In this document: piece after piece, positions 9,717-18,190 of the stretch
Layout of the letters: the number at the start of each line of letters is the position of its first letter
Numbering within the stretch: position 1 is the stretch's first letter
DNA from: a virus
Taxonomy: Duplodnaviria > Caudoviricetes
DNA length: 64,000 nt
Virus record (IMG/VR): IMGVR_UViG_2974786931_000001
Coordinates: 1-64,000 of that record
Strand: one strand, 5' to 3'
The notes under the pieces: model-generated
Told to the model about the DNA's origin: nothing
The model's input: only the letters and a program-made list of their open reading frames with translations
Database searches by the model: none
Translations under genes and position numbers: made by a program

Positions 9717-9938
9717 CTATCGTACTTTATAGTAATGTGCGCCGTCAACAGTGATTTCACGGTATACAGAATAAGAAACTTTTTTAGATTCAGGTGAATC
9801 ATACACATAAAGAGAAGTCAAATGAAAACCTGGTAAAGTATTTTCTTTTTGAACAATAGTCAAAGATGGATTATATAAAATATCTTCAAATTCATCTTGT
9901 GTCAAAACAACACTAACGATATCTTCACGATTAAACAT
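9717..9938 (-). CDS. cef: Cef, modifier of suppressor tRNAs
   Basis: T.DEFED.L..P.L..VQKE.T....HLTS.YVY....V.REIT.DG..Y matches T4 Cef. Confidence 0.85.
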   Translation of the reverse strand: MFNREDIVSVVLTQDEFEDILYNPSLTIVQKENTLPGFHLTSLYVYDSPESKKVSYSVYREITVDGAHYYKVR

Positions 9939-9954
9939 ATTAAACTCCTTTGTT

Positions 9955-9995
9955 TTGGTAGGAGCATAGTACTACACTCCTACCAATACGTAAAC
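9955..9995 (-). promoter_or_regulatory. Early promoter with stem-loop enclosing the -10 box (PeSL-like)
   Basis: 10-bp inverted repeat TTGGTAGGAG/CTCCTACCAA (9955-9964/9977-9986); GTTTAC at 9990-9995. Confidence 0.75.
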
Positions 9996-9998
9996 TGT

Positions 9999-10352
9999 TT
10001 ATTTAGAACTAAGTTCATCTTCGTTAAAGATACCGTAGTTTCCATCCACTACTAAGTATTGAGAACGTCCACCTGAGTGCCATTTCTGAACAACAACGCC
10101 TGTAGCACCATTCATAGGATGGGTAGATGTATTGACTACGACTTCGTCTTGTACAGCAAATGCAGGTTCAATACGTACGCGCTTTAAGTCAGTCAGTTTA
10201 ACGCTATATTGATAGTCATTAATAGAAACTATAGCATGTGTTTTATTAAACGGCTCTGGCAAAACACCGGGTAAGGAGATAATGACGCCTGTTTTACCAG
10301 AGTTAGGGTTATGCGGGCCGATTTCTACAGTATGTCCAATTCGAAATTTCAT
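9999..10352 (-). CDS. Tandem KOW/SH3-like domain protein
   Basis: Two F..G..V....H...G.TGV(I/V) repeats. Confidence 0.55.
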   Translation of the reverse strand: MKFRIGHTVEIGPHNPNSGKTGVIISLPGVLPEPFNKTHAIVSINDYQYSVKLTDLKRVRIEPAFAVQDEVVVNTSTHPMNGATGVVVQKWHSGGRSQYLVVDGNYGIFNEDELSSK

Positions 10353-10361
10353 AGTAATTCC

Positions 10362-10652
10362 TTATTTAGAAGATTTAGGTAATGGCATCCAAGCAATTGG
10401 CTTAGGGTCCCATTGAAGATACATTTTAGTGTAAGTCTGTACAGGATTTATAAATCCACTAGTTACATCATCAAAAAAGTCTTGAATGTGAACAGTTTCA
10501 ATAGAACCATTATCAAACTCTACAAGAACACCTTCGTCTTTACTTTTTGGTAAAACATCTGATGTGGTATGTTTTAAATCATACCATGTAGGAAATATAC
10601 CATCAATACGTTGGAACTCCACAGCCCCAACGTTGATATTCTTTGCATCCAT
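10362..10652 (-). CDS. Hypothetical protein (DUF551-like WMPLP C-terminus)
   Basis: LP.....VLV ... AWMPLPK. Confidence 0.55.
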   Translation of the reverse strand: MDAKNINVGAVEFQRIDGIFPTWYDLKHTTSDVLPKSKDEGVLVEFDNGSIETVHIQDFFDDVTSGFINPVQTYTKMYLQWDPKPIAWMPLPKSSK

Positions 10653-11149
10653 TACACTTTAGAAATATATCCATAAAGAGCCAAACGTAAGTCTTTAGCC
10701 ATGACCACAGCAAACTTACCTTGGAATACAATATTAGCCCACACAACACCGTCAATATCATACATCAACGTTAATAAAGTATGTTTAAATGGCTCAAGTA
10801 ATTGCCCTTTATCATCAAGATATTCTTCAGTGGCCACTTTAACAATATCACCAGCTTTAATTGTATTTTTAGAACCGTGAGTAATTAGAGTATAAGTGTG
10901 GACTTCAGGAGCGTCGATATTTTTGCCATTTACTACTACTGGAACAAATTCTTGACGAGTGAATTCTTCAGATTCAGGTTTAATTAGTTCTAAATGTTTA
11001 GCTTGAACATAACCTACTTTAGAAGTTGATTCACTAATCACTTTAACTTCTGAGCCTGAAATACGATCAATTGTAACAATTTGTCCTGCAACACAAGAAC
11101 GAGAAGCATCAGATACAAATACAGATTGGCCTACAGTAAATTTAGACAT
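10652..11149 (-). CDS. motB: MotB-like nucleoid/H-NS antagonist
   Basis: N-terminal KOW-like VG.SV.VSD.SRS..AG..V; C-terminal EPFK.....Y.IDGVVWANIVFQG; position between cef and dexA. Confidence 0.7.
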   Translation of the reverse strand: MSKFTVGQSVFVSDASRSCVAGQIVTIDRISGSEVKVISESTSKVGYVQAKHLELIKPESEEFTRQEFVPVVVNGKNIDAPEVHTYTLITHGSKNTIKAGDIVKVATEEYLDDKGQLLEPFKHTLLTLMYDIDGVVWANIVFQGKFAVVMAKDLRLALYGYISKV

Positions 11150-11165
11150 AATATTCTCTTTCAAT

Positions 11166-11441
11166 TTATTGGATAATACCATTAGGGTATGTTTGCTTTT
11201 CTAACACAGCTTCAGCATATGTCAGGTCGGAAATTTCGTGAACAACACCTTTTACTAGAACAACTAACGAATGTTGTACATGAATAAGATTATCATAGTT
11301 GATTTTCTGTGTCCATTTAACATCATCAAGTTTAACATAAAAAATATTGTCTTTAGGCGTTTTGCACATAATAGTGCCAAACATACCATGGAATTTAGAT
11401 TTTGGCGAATTAACTCGCACACGATTATTTTGCATATTCAA
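11166..11441 (-). CDS. KOW-like hypothetical protein
   Basis: RVRVNSPKSKFHGMFGTI; follows an early promoter. Confidence 0.55.
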   Translation of the reverse strand: MNMQNNRVRVNSPKSKFHGMFGTIMCKTPKDNIFYVKLDDVKWTQKINYDNLIHVQHSLVVLVKGVVHEISDLTYAEAVLEKQTYPNGIIQ

Positions 11442-11453
11442 GTCTCTTTAATT

Positions 11454-11483
11454 ATAATAACATAATAACATAATAACATAATA
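11454..11483. repeat. Tandem 8-bp repeat (ATAATAAC)x3.75 in early promoter -10 region
   Basis: Read directly; GTTTAC -35 on the minus strand at 11494-11499. Confidence 0.85.
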
Positions 11484-11498
11484 TAAATCTAATGTAAA

Positions 11499-12182
11499 CT
11501 ACCGTGGTTTGGCTAAACTCAACGGGTCTGCATCTTCGGCTTCTGGGCAATCTTCGATACCTAATGCATATCGCTGAGCGTACTTAAGCATCAAAATGTC
11601 TTTGGCACAATCATGGATACTATCATGAGCAATGAATCCAGTTAAGGTTCCATTAGGAAGTGGAGTAGTTGTTTGACCACGAACCATAGAGTAAGCTTCG
11701 ATAGCTGTACGGATATCGCGTTGATTCCAGAACTTAACTGGTTCTAAAGCAAATACATCAATATCTTTTTCAGCTACGCCTTTCTCGCGTTCGATTTCGC
11801 GTACTAAGTCAGTTAAGATAGGGAAGTCAAATGACATTCCACGACACCAACCTAATGATTTCCAAGAGTCAACACCATGATCTTTAAGATGTTGAAGGAA
11901 TTCTTTAATGCCAGTAACAACGTCTAAGTCTGCTTCAGTTGGCGATAAATTCAAACGAGCTTCGGCAGATTGAGATTTCCACCAATCAATTGTACCTGAA
12001 CTGAACAAACGCTTACCGCGTTGAGATGACAAACTAAATTTAACACGTTTACCACGAGCAATCAATTCTGAAAATGATTCTAGTTGAGTTGGGTCTGGAT
12101 TAAATGGGATACCAGATAAGTCAACTACAGCTGCATTGGATGTCGAGCCAAATGTTTCAAAGTCTAATAAAAAATCATTCAT
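11499..12182 (-). CDS. dexA: Exonuclease A (DEDDh)
   Basis: DFLLDFET, WCRGMSFDFPIL, FWNQRDIRT, HDSIHDCAKD. Confidence 0.95.
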   Translation of the reverse strand: MNDFLLDFETFGSTSNAAVVDLSGIPFNPDPTQLESFSELIARGKRVKFSLSSQRGKRLFSSGTIDWWKSQSAEARLNLSPTEADLDVVTGIKEFLQHLKDHGVDSWKSLGWCRGMSFDFPILTDLVREIEREKGVAEKDIDVFALEPVKFWNQRDIRTAIEAYSMVRGQTTTPLPNGTLTGFIAHDSIHDCAKDILMLKYAQRYALGIEDCPEAEDADPLSLAKPR

Positions 12183-12409
12183 CGTAATGCCCTGTTTATT
12201 AAATCAATTTGATCAGCGTCTAAAAAGATAGATGGATTTTCAATACCTAACTTTTTAGCCAATAATAAAGAATCTTCTAACATATCAATTACTACATCAG
12301 TTGCACTACTGCGTTCTTCAAATTCTTGATGTTCTTCGAAGTAGTTGAATTTGTTTTCAGCTACTGTATCAATAATCTTATGTGCATTATGTTTATCAAT
12401 TTTTAGCAT
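12179..12409 (-). CDS. Hypothetical (dexA.1-like position)
   Basis: Overlap-coupled ORF between dda and dexA. Confidence 0.6.
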   Translation of the reverse strand: MLKIDKHNAHKIIDTVAENKFNYFEEHQEFEERSSATDVVIDMLEDSLLLAKKLGIENPSIFLDADQIDLINRALR

Positions 12410-12633
12410 AATAAGTTCTTCAATTTAAGGATGTGTCGAGCTATATCTTCACAAATACAAATTTCAGAGTCTTCACCTGTAAAGAAAATGATCGCATTAT
12501 TATGAGCTTCAACAGTTTTCAGTTCATTGTATAATACTTTAGATGTAACGCAAATTTCTGGTATATCAGAATTAACATGCATTTCTACACCGCGAATCAA
12601 ACATTCAAATTGGTCTGGATTCAATTTATACAT
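12403..12633 (-). CDS. Hypothetical (dexA.2-like position)
   Basis: AAGGA SD; synteny. Confidence 0.6.
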   Translation of the reverse strand: MYKLNPDQFECLIRGVEMHVNSDIPEICVTSKVLYNELKTVEAHNNAIIFFTGEDSEICICEDIARHILKLKNLLC

Positions 12634-12641
12634 TTTATTCC

Positions 12642-13961
12642 TTAGATATAATATAAGTTAGTACGTGCACGAGTAGCACCTACATAAAGAAGTTGCTTAG
12701 CCAATTGAGCATCAGCCATATGAATACACGGAGTATACAAGAAAGTATTATTTACAGTACATCCTTGAGATTTATGAATTGTACTTACTGGCAAAGCTTT
12801 AACTTTCTTAAATTTATTTTTGACTGACCAAAAATCTTTCCAATATGCTTTAACACCAGAATTCTTGTAAGTGTCTGCTGTTTTAGCCAAAAACATTTGG
12901 AACTTAGTCATTTCAGTTGGGTCACAAATAACTTGGATCTGAGAAGTGGCATAATCATCATCAGAATCGGCTGTTTCTACTTCTAAGTTCCAATAACGAA
13001 TCATATATTCGCCAGGGACATTACGGGCAGAAATAAACGTTGATGTTTCTGAAGCATATAAAATTTTAACTAACTGTCCATTGTTGAAAACGATTTCATG
13101 AAACTTTTTGCCATCAAATTCCAATTCTTTCATCAATGGTTCTTGCATGACTAATACTTCGCCATTAATAAATGGCTTATCTGTTTCATATAATTTACGA
13201 CGAATGATGCCATTAAGTTTATCAACAGATTTATTAGTATATGCAAGCATACGAGATTCAATTAAATCATCTGCTGTTTTCACTACATCAAAATACCGAA
13301 TCATAAAATCTTTTAAAGCAGTATTTGAATTAAAGGCATGAACACCTTCGCCATCAACTATATTTTCAGATAACCAACCGCCATTTCTGATATCTGTAGC
13401 AACTTGAATAATAGGGCCATTACTTCGTTTGATTTCAGTAAGATGAACTTGCTTAAATTTAGCATGCGAAAAGAACGGCGATAGTTGTTGCTCACTTTCA
13501 CCAGGAGTTACTGGACGAAGTTGATCTTTATCTCCGAGAGCAATTACTGTACACCAGCTTGGAACAGTGGCTAAAATAATACCAAATAATTTACGGTCAT
13601 AAAAAGATGCTTCATCACAAATCAATACACGGCAAGCAGCTAAATCAGGAACTTCGCGTTGTTCGAAGATTTGATTTTCTTCATATGTAGTTGGGTTGAT
13701 TTTTAAAACACTATGGATAGTAGATGCATCCATACCTGAAAGCTTTGATAAAACTTTTTTAGCTTGGTGTGTTGGAGCACAAAGAATAATCCCAGCTTCG
13801 CCAGTTTTGATTAAGTGGTCAATAATAAACTTGGTTAGAGTTGTTTTACCTGTCCCAGCAGGACCATTAATAGTGATATGGCCTTTTTTATTCTTAATAG
13901 CTTCCATTGTATTATCAAATGCGGTTTTTTGACCATCTGTAAGGTCATCATAAGTAATCAT
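12642..13961 (-). CDS. dda: SF1B DNA helicase Dda
   Basis: GPAGTGKT, APTHQAKKVL, DEAS, GDKDQL, TIHKSQG, YVGATRAR. Confidence 0.97.
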   Translation of the reverse strand: MITYDDLTDGQKTAFDNTMEAIKNKKGHITINGPAGTGKTTLTKFIIDHLIKTGEAGIILCAPTHQAKKVLSKLSGMDASTIHSVLKINPTTYEENQIFEQREVPDLAACRVLICDEASFYDRKLFGIILATVPSWCTVIALGDKDQLRPVTPGESEQQLSPFFSHAKFKQVHLTEIKRSNGPIIQVATDIRNGGWLSENIVDGEGVHAFNSNTALKDFMIRYFDVVKTADDLIESRMLAYTNKSVDKLNGIIRRKLYETDKPFINGEVLVMQEPLMKELEFDGKKFHEIVFNNGQLVKILYASETSTFISARNVPGEYMIRYWNLEVETADSDDDYATSQIQVICDPTEMTKFQMFLAKTADTYKNSGVKAYWKDFWSVKNKFKKVKALPVSTIHKSQGCTVNNTFLYTPCIHMADAQLAKQLLYVGATRARTNLYYI

Positions 13962-14239
13962 AGTATCTTAACCTTTTTAACTTCTAAAGTATTAACAATT
14001 CTTCTATATAATACTCTTTTATAATCCGGAAGCAAATTATACGTTTGTACTACAGTTTTTTTGAACCAGGTCTTTTTAATATTAGGTTCTGGATTTAATT
14101 GTTTTTGTAAGTCACAAGAAATTTCTAACAACATATCTTGAGCTAATCGTCTAGTTTTGTAGACTTCAGCTATGCCTTCAGGTTCATACGGAACTAAGAA
14201 TCCATCTTTGTCTGTATAGTAAAGCATATATCTAATCAT
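13958..14239 (-). CDS. Dda.1-like protein
   Basis: Synteny srd-dda.1-dda; C-terminal L.VKKVK. Confidence 0.65.
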   Translation of the reverse strand: MIRYMLYYTDKDGFLVPYEPEGIAEVYKTRRLAQDMLLEISCDLQKQLNPEPNIKKTWFKKTVVQTYNLLPDYKRVLYRRIVNTLEVKKVKIL

Positions 14240-14251
14240 ATTATCCTCTAA

Positions 14252-14989
14252 TTAATTTAAAAATAGAAGCATTAAGAGATAAACCCTTTTTGAGTTTAAG
14301 TTTATCAAAGAAAGATTTTCTAAACGTTCTAATCCTCGTACTAATATATCATATGCGTGGACTTTTGATTCTAATGCTTTAATTTTTTCAGAATTCACAG
14401 GAACGATTGATATTGAATTTTTAATACAAGTAAGTTGTGTATCGGTTAATGCTATTTTATAAGATTCAATGTTTAATCTTATATTACATAAATCTTTTTT
14501 CTGTTGAGCTGATAATTTTTTATTAGGGGCAGACATTATTTTTTCAGCTTTAATACGTTTGGCTAATTGCTTTTCTATGTCTTTTTTAACTTTCAAGACA
14601 TTTTTAATTTTACGATACTTTACACAAAAAGATGTTTCTTTATTTTTTCTAACTTTACCTTTTTTAGTTAAAACTAAATCAAGTTGAGCTTCTTTTAAGG
14701 CATCTCTTAAACTATCTAAATTATGACTATCACGAATACGATTATATTTTGATTTAACACATATCACATTACCTTCGACATAACCTATATCATTATTAAA
14801 ACGTTCAAATGATGAATATTCTTGGCCTTTGCCGTATTCAAACTTTTCACCTGAATAAGCACAGTGAGTTTGTGCTATTAAATTTTCGATGTGCCCTAAA
14901 GAAAGTGTCATTTCTTTACCTCGACGAGCAGCTGACTCCGTAAGACGATCTAATTTGAACTGGGCCGTAATTGGGATATATTTGCTCAT
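14252..14989 (-). CDS. srd: Srd, host sigma-factor decoy/RpoS degradation factor; C-terminus apparently frameshifted
   Basis: RL..SA.RR.K...LS, CAYSGE.F, SFERFNN.IGY..GNVI.V match T4 Srd; conserved-looking tail runs in another frame to stop 14241. Confidence 0.85.
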   Translation of the reverse strand: MSKYIPITAQFKLDRLTESAARRGKEMTLSLGHIENLIAQTHCAYSGEKFEYGKGQEYSSFERFNNDIGYVEGNVICVKSKYNRIRDSHNLDSLRDALKEAQLDLVLTKKGKVRKNKETSFCVKYRKIKNVLKVKKDIEKQLAKRIKAEKIMSAPNKKLSAQQKKDLCNIRLNIESYKIALTDTQLTCIKNSISIVPVNSEKIKALESKVHAYDILVRGLERLENLSLINLNSKRVYLLMLLFLN

Positions 14990-15066
14990 TTTAGTCTCCA
15001 AATATGCTTTATAATTAAACGTGTTATAATGGGTCTAGGTTCTTTATTTCAGGTAATTGCTAAGGG

Positions 15067-15708
15067 CTAAGGATTAAAAGATATAGAAACTTCAATCATT
15101 AAATTACGGTTTAAAATATAAGCATCCTCAATAGTGTAACTCGCGTCTCGCGATATCATCCATTCAGCTTCACCATCTAACATCTCAATATTAGCTCTAC
15201 GACGCATTTCTAACGATTCAATTGAAATATTAATCCCAGTTTGGAAATCAGCAGATGGGCATGAGTGCAAAATATCCAGCATACGATCCGTATAGTTAAA
15301 TGCATAATCTAAATTAAGTACTTTAAGAATAACATTAGTACCATATTCAGCTTCTGAAGCAAAATCTAATGCAATATGATATTCAGCACTCACTGATGTG
15401 ACTCTTGGAAAAGAAAACTTATTAGGCCCTTCATTTTCTTCTAAATCAAACATAGCTTTATCGTCTTCAGACATAATAGAAGTATCTAAAGCAGCTAATA
15501 CAATTTTGGCCTGTGTTCTAGATAATCCACGATACATTAAACCACTAACAAAACTACTATACTGAGCAATAATTTCTTCTAAATCGTACTGTAAATCTTC
15601 TGCTTTAGCAGACATGCAACGATACAACACTGATTTTTCCCAATCAGATAAAAAATTTACTCTTTGTGCAGCTTCATATTTTTGGATGTCAGATATTACT
15701 TGTTGCAT
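15067..15708 (-). CDS. mod: NAD-protein ADP-ribosyltransferase (Mod family)
   Basis: EKSVLYRCM..K, YRGL, TS.S, E.EW (R-S-E triad); ATG 15708 behind GGAG and an early promoter. Confidence 0.85.
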   Translation of the reverse strand: MQQVISDIQKYEAAQRVNFLSDWEKSVLYRCMSAKAEDLQYDLEEIIAQYSSFVSGLMYRGLSRTQAKIVLAALDTSIMSEDDKAMFDLEENEGPNKFSFPRVTSVSAEYHIALDFASEAEYGTNVILKVLNLDYAFNYTDRMLDILHSCPSADFQTGINISIESLEMRRRANIEMLDGEAEWMISRDASYTIEDAYILNRNLMIEVSISFNP

Positions 15709-15770
15709 CGTGAATTCTCCAGTATTTGATAAGAGATATATTATCACGATGCAATATTGATGTACACCTT

Positions 15771-15986
15771 TTATTTTGTCCAAGGCGACCAAGGAGGAGG
15801 ATCGTTCCATAAGGAACTTAATTCTTGCAGAAGAGCGTCAGGAGCATTTAATCCGTGACGCTCAATGATTATATCAAACTCGGGTTTAAAATCAACCTTA
15901 GTCGTCAGAGGGGCTTCTTCTTGTTTTTGAGACATTTTTGTCTCAAAAATTGCTTCCATTTCAAACAAATTCATACAAAAGGCCAC
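15771..15986 (-). CDS. srh: Srh-like transcription modulator
   Basis: C-terminal DPPPWSPW; position upstream of mod. Confidence 0.6.
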   Translation of the reverse strand: MAFCMNLFEMEAIFETKMSQKQEEAPLTTKVDFKPEFDIIIERHGLNAPDALLQELSSLWNDPPPWSPWTK

Positions 15987-16444
15987 TGTGAGTGCTCATT
16001 GAACCGAGCCTCATGACTCATACCGTGAAGTCGCATTTGGAATTCAGGGACAAGTTCAGCTGTTATGCCAGGATTATCTAAATAATCCCAAATACGCTTG
16101 CGAAGAACCAATACATGCGAATCATGTGTAAAGATATAAGAACCACCTAGTTCATTACCGCTGCTATTTCTAGGGAATAAAGGCTCATCTTCTCTAAGAT
16201 AGGAATATCCTAACTTTTTAAGAGATTCTAATGGTGTAAACGGACTATTCTCATCTTTAACAAAGTTAACAAAATGTGTACAATAGTATAAATGACCCAC
16301 TGGTAGCTTTAAATCTTTAAGTGCAGTTTCAATACTTTTATTAGCTTCTTTAGTGCCCATGATAGCAATTCGAAGTGTATTACTTTCAGTCCGATCATTA
16401 CTTCCAACTGGTTTAAGACTAAATTTAATTTTATACATAATCAT
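15971..16444 (-). CDS. Hypothetical protein
   Basis: 157-aa ORF in packed operon. Confidence 0.65.
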   Translation of the reverse strand: MIMYKIKFSLKPVGSNDRTESNTLRIAIMGTKEANKSIETALKDLKLPVGHLYYCTHFVNFVKDENSPFTPLESLKKLGYSYLREDEPLFPRNSSGNELGGSYIFTHDSHVLVLRKRIWDYLDNPGITAELVPEFQMRLHGMSHEARFNEHSQWPFV

Positions 16445-16446
16445 AA

Positions 16447-16791
16447 TTATTTTCCTTTTGGTACAGGAATACTAGAATCAAATTGTGTTTTAAGACGACC
16501 GCATAAAGCGCCCTCAGCATAATCTGATGGAGGCATTGAATCTAAACATTTAGCAAACTTAAGAAGCAATTCTTGGACTTCTTCAATTCTTTCCTTAGCT
16601 GTTTGAACTTTAGCTTCTAGTTCAGAAATATCTACTGCGCACATATTCTTGTCTCCACAAAATATCATCAATAGCAATTTTAGAAATAAATTTATGAATA
16701 GATTTGATTTCTTTATCTGATAAATCTGTACATAATTCGACACTGTCCCAAGATTTAAAAATCTCAATACATGTGCCAACAGGCTTATCAT
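16447..16791 (-). CDS. Hypothetical protein (true start probably internal, MCAVDISEL)
   Basis: GGAG SD precedes the internal ATG; 5' part overlaps next ORF. Confidence 0.5.
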   Translation of the reverse strand: MISLLAHVLRFLNLGTVSNYVQIYQIKKSNLFINLFLKLLLMIFCGDKNMCAVDISELEAKVQTAKERIEEVQELLLKFAKCLDSMPPSDYAEGALCGRLKTQFDSSIPVPKGK

Positions 16792-16975
16792 AAGAATATC
16801 TTGCTACTACTTCAACTCGTTTAGGTAATTTAAACCATTTAAAACGATAAAATATTACTGAAGTTGAATATGAAACTAGTTGTCGATTTACCCGACAATT
16901 TGTGCTCATGCTTCCTTTATACATATTATTCTCCTCATTAGATATCGATATAGTATCACTATATCTAGAAAGCAA
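16622..16975 (-). CDS. Hypothetical protein (start probably MYKGSM)
   Basis: GAGGAG SD before internal ATG. Confidence 0.55.
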   Translation of the reverse strand: MLSRYSDTISISNEENNMYKGSMSTNCRVNRQLVSYSTSVIFYRFKWFKLPKRVEVVARYSYDKPVGTCIEIFKSWDSVELCTDLSDKEIKSIHKFISKIAIDDILWRQEYVRSRYF

Positions 16976-16998
16976 AAAAGGACTCCAAAGGAGTCCTT
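16974..16998 (-). terminator. Terminator after gp56
   Basis: AAGGACTCC-TTT-GGAGTCCTT-TTTT. Confidence 0.8.
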
Positions 16999-17002
16999 AA
17001 AA

Positions 17003-17521
17003 TTAATAACCTTGGTCTTGACGAGCAAAGTTTTCAGCATTCTTCAAGAAGTACAATGCAAAGATTTCTTCTGCATCCATACCAAGTGCCATAAACTTAT
17101 TCATAAAGAAATGGAATTGGTCAATCAACTCAAATTTAATTTCAAGTTGGTCTTCAGCAGAAAGGTCTCTAATATTTTTAGAAAACATTTCTTCATGTTG
17201 GGCCTTCCAAGGCTTCCACACAGCACTAGCAGCTTTTTCACCATTAGACATACCGCCAAGAGCGGTGTATAATTCACGAGTTTCATCAGCAATATAATCG
17301 TCTTGATTACGAAGCCATGTTAATACTTCACCAGCAGTTTCTAAATCATCAGGATGCATATTAGTTCCTGGCTTGTCTTTAGCCAAACGAACTTGCAATG
17401 ATTTCTGCATATCTAACATAGTTTGGAGCGGATCTTCATTAGCACGTAGAAGACCAAAATAACGGTTAACTGCATTTTCTTGGTCTTTGATCAGGTGACT
17501 ACACTGGTTAAAATGTGACAT
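17003..17521 (-). CDS. 56: dCTP pyrophosphatase (dCTPase/dUTPase)
   Basis: MSHFNQCSHLI, DPLQTMLDMQKSLQVRL, DETRELYT.LGGMS, WKPWK, FELIDQFHF, KNAENFARQ. Confidence 0.95.
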   Translation of the reverse strand: MSHFNQCSHLIKDQENAVNRYFGLLRANEDPLQTMLDMQKSLQVRLAKDKPGTNMHPDDLETAGEVLTWLRNQDDYIADETRELYTALGGMSNGEKAASAVWKPWKAQHEEMFSKNIRDLSAEDQLEIKFELIDQFHFFMNKFMALGMDAEEIFALYFLKNAENFARQDQGY

Positions 17522-17522
17522 A

Positions 17523-17849
17523 TTAATCCTTATTAAGTGAACGGAATTCAACTTCTTTATTTTCTGATTTCATTTGAGCGATACCGTATTCCATACCTTT
17601 AGAAATACCCATATCAGTATATACTACTGTTTTTTCTGCTACTGCACGCCAGGCTAAACCGGCATCAATTCCGTGTTGTCGTTCTTCAGGAATATCGTCA
17701 TTTAATATACCATCTTGTGTATAAAGCAAATGAGATGCTATAGGATATTCACCACGCAACAAAGAATCACGAACAGCAGCTCGTGCATATTTTATATTTG
17801 CTTCAACGTCACCAGCAAAAGGCGATTCAAGAATAACTAATCTTTTCAT
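17523..17849 (-). CDS. Hypothetical protein, nucleoside-deoxyribosyltransferase/DUF4406-like fold
   Basis: LVILESPFAGD...N..YA, P.ASHL.Y, GI..G, GIS.GM pattern. Confidence 0.5.
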   Translation of the reverse strand: MKRLVILESPFAGDVEANIKYARAAVRDSLLRGEYPIASHLLYTQDGILNDDIPEERQHGIDAGLAWRAVAEKTVVYTDMGISKGMEYGIAQMKSENKEVEFRSLNKD

Positions 17850-17850
17850 A

Positions 17851-18105
17851 TTATCTCATGGAACGGTGCCAGCAATTTCTTACACCACGGGTAAAAATAC
17901 TGTCGTGTGAATTCTGGCAACCAATACAATATTTTACACCAGCGACAGCTATTCGTCTTTGTTCTGGAATAGTATCGCCACAATCTAAACAATTCTTTTC
18001 TGATACACCTTTAAAAATCTGTGCTCGAGCATGAATAATTCCAGCATCAACCACAGCTTGTACTTCAAGTTGTTCAGCACCATCTTTAGCAAATCCAACG
18101 GCCAT
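17851..18105 (-). CDS. DksA/TraR family C4 zinc-finger protein (YbiI-like)
   Basis: MA.G.A.D ... CLDCGDTIPEQRR.A..GV.YC..CQ. Confidence 0.85.
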   Translation of the reverse strand: MAVGFAKDGAEQLEVQAVVDAGIIHARAQIFKGVSEKNCLDCGDTIPEQRRIAVAGVKYCIGCQNSHDSIFTRGVRNCWHRSMR

Positions 18106-18162
18106 AATATTTTCCTCATGTAATAGTAATTATTTTATCACTTTTAGTTAGGAGCATAAAAC

Positions 18163-18187
18163 AAAAAAGCAGCTCATTGAGCTGCTT
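18163..18187 (-). terminator. Terminator after the gp38-like gene
   Basis: AAGCAGCTC-AAT-GAGCTGCTT-TTTT. Confidence 0.8.
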
Positions 18188-18190
18188 AAG

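Noticed and set aside
11454-11483. CRISPR-like or iteron array
   Set aside because: Only 30 bp of contiguous 8-mers with no spacers; no CRISPR array seen anywhere in the window
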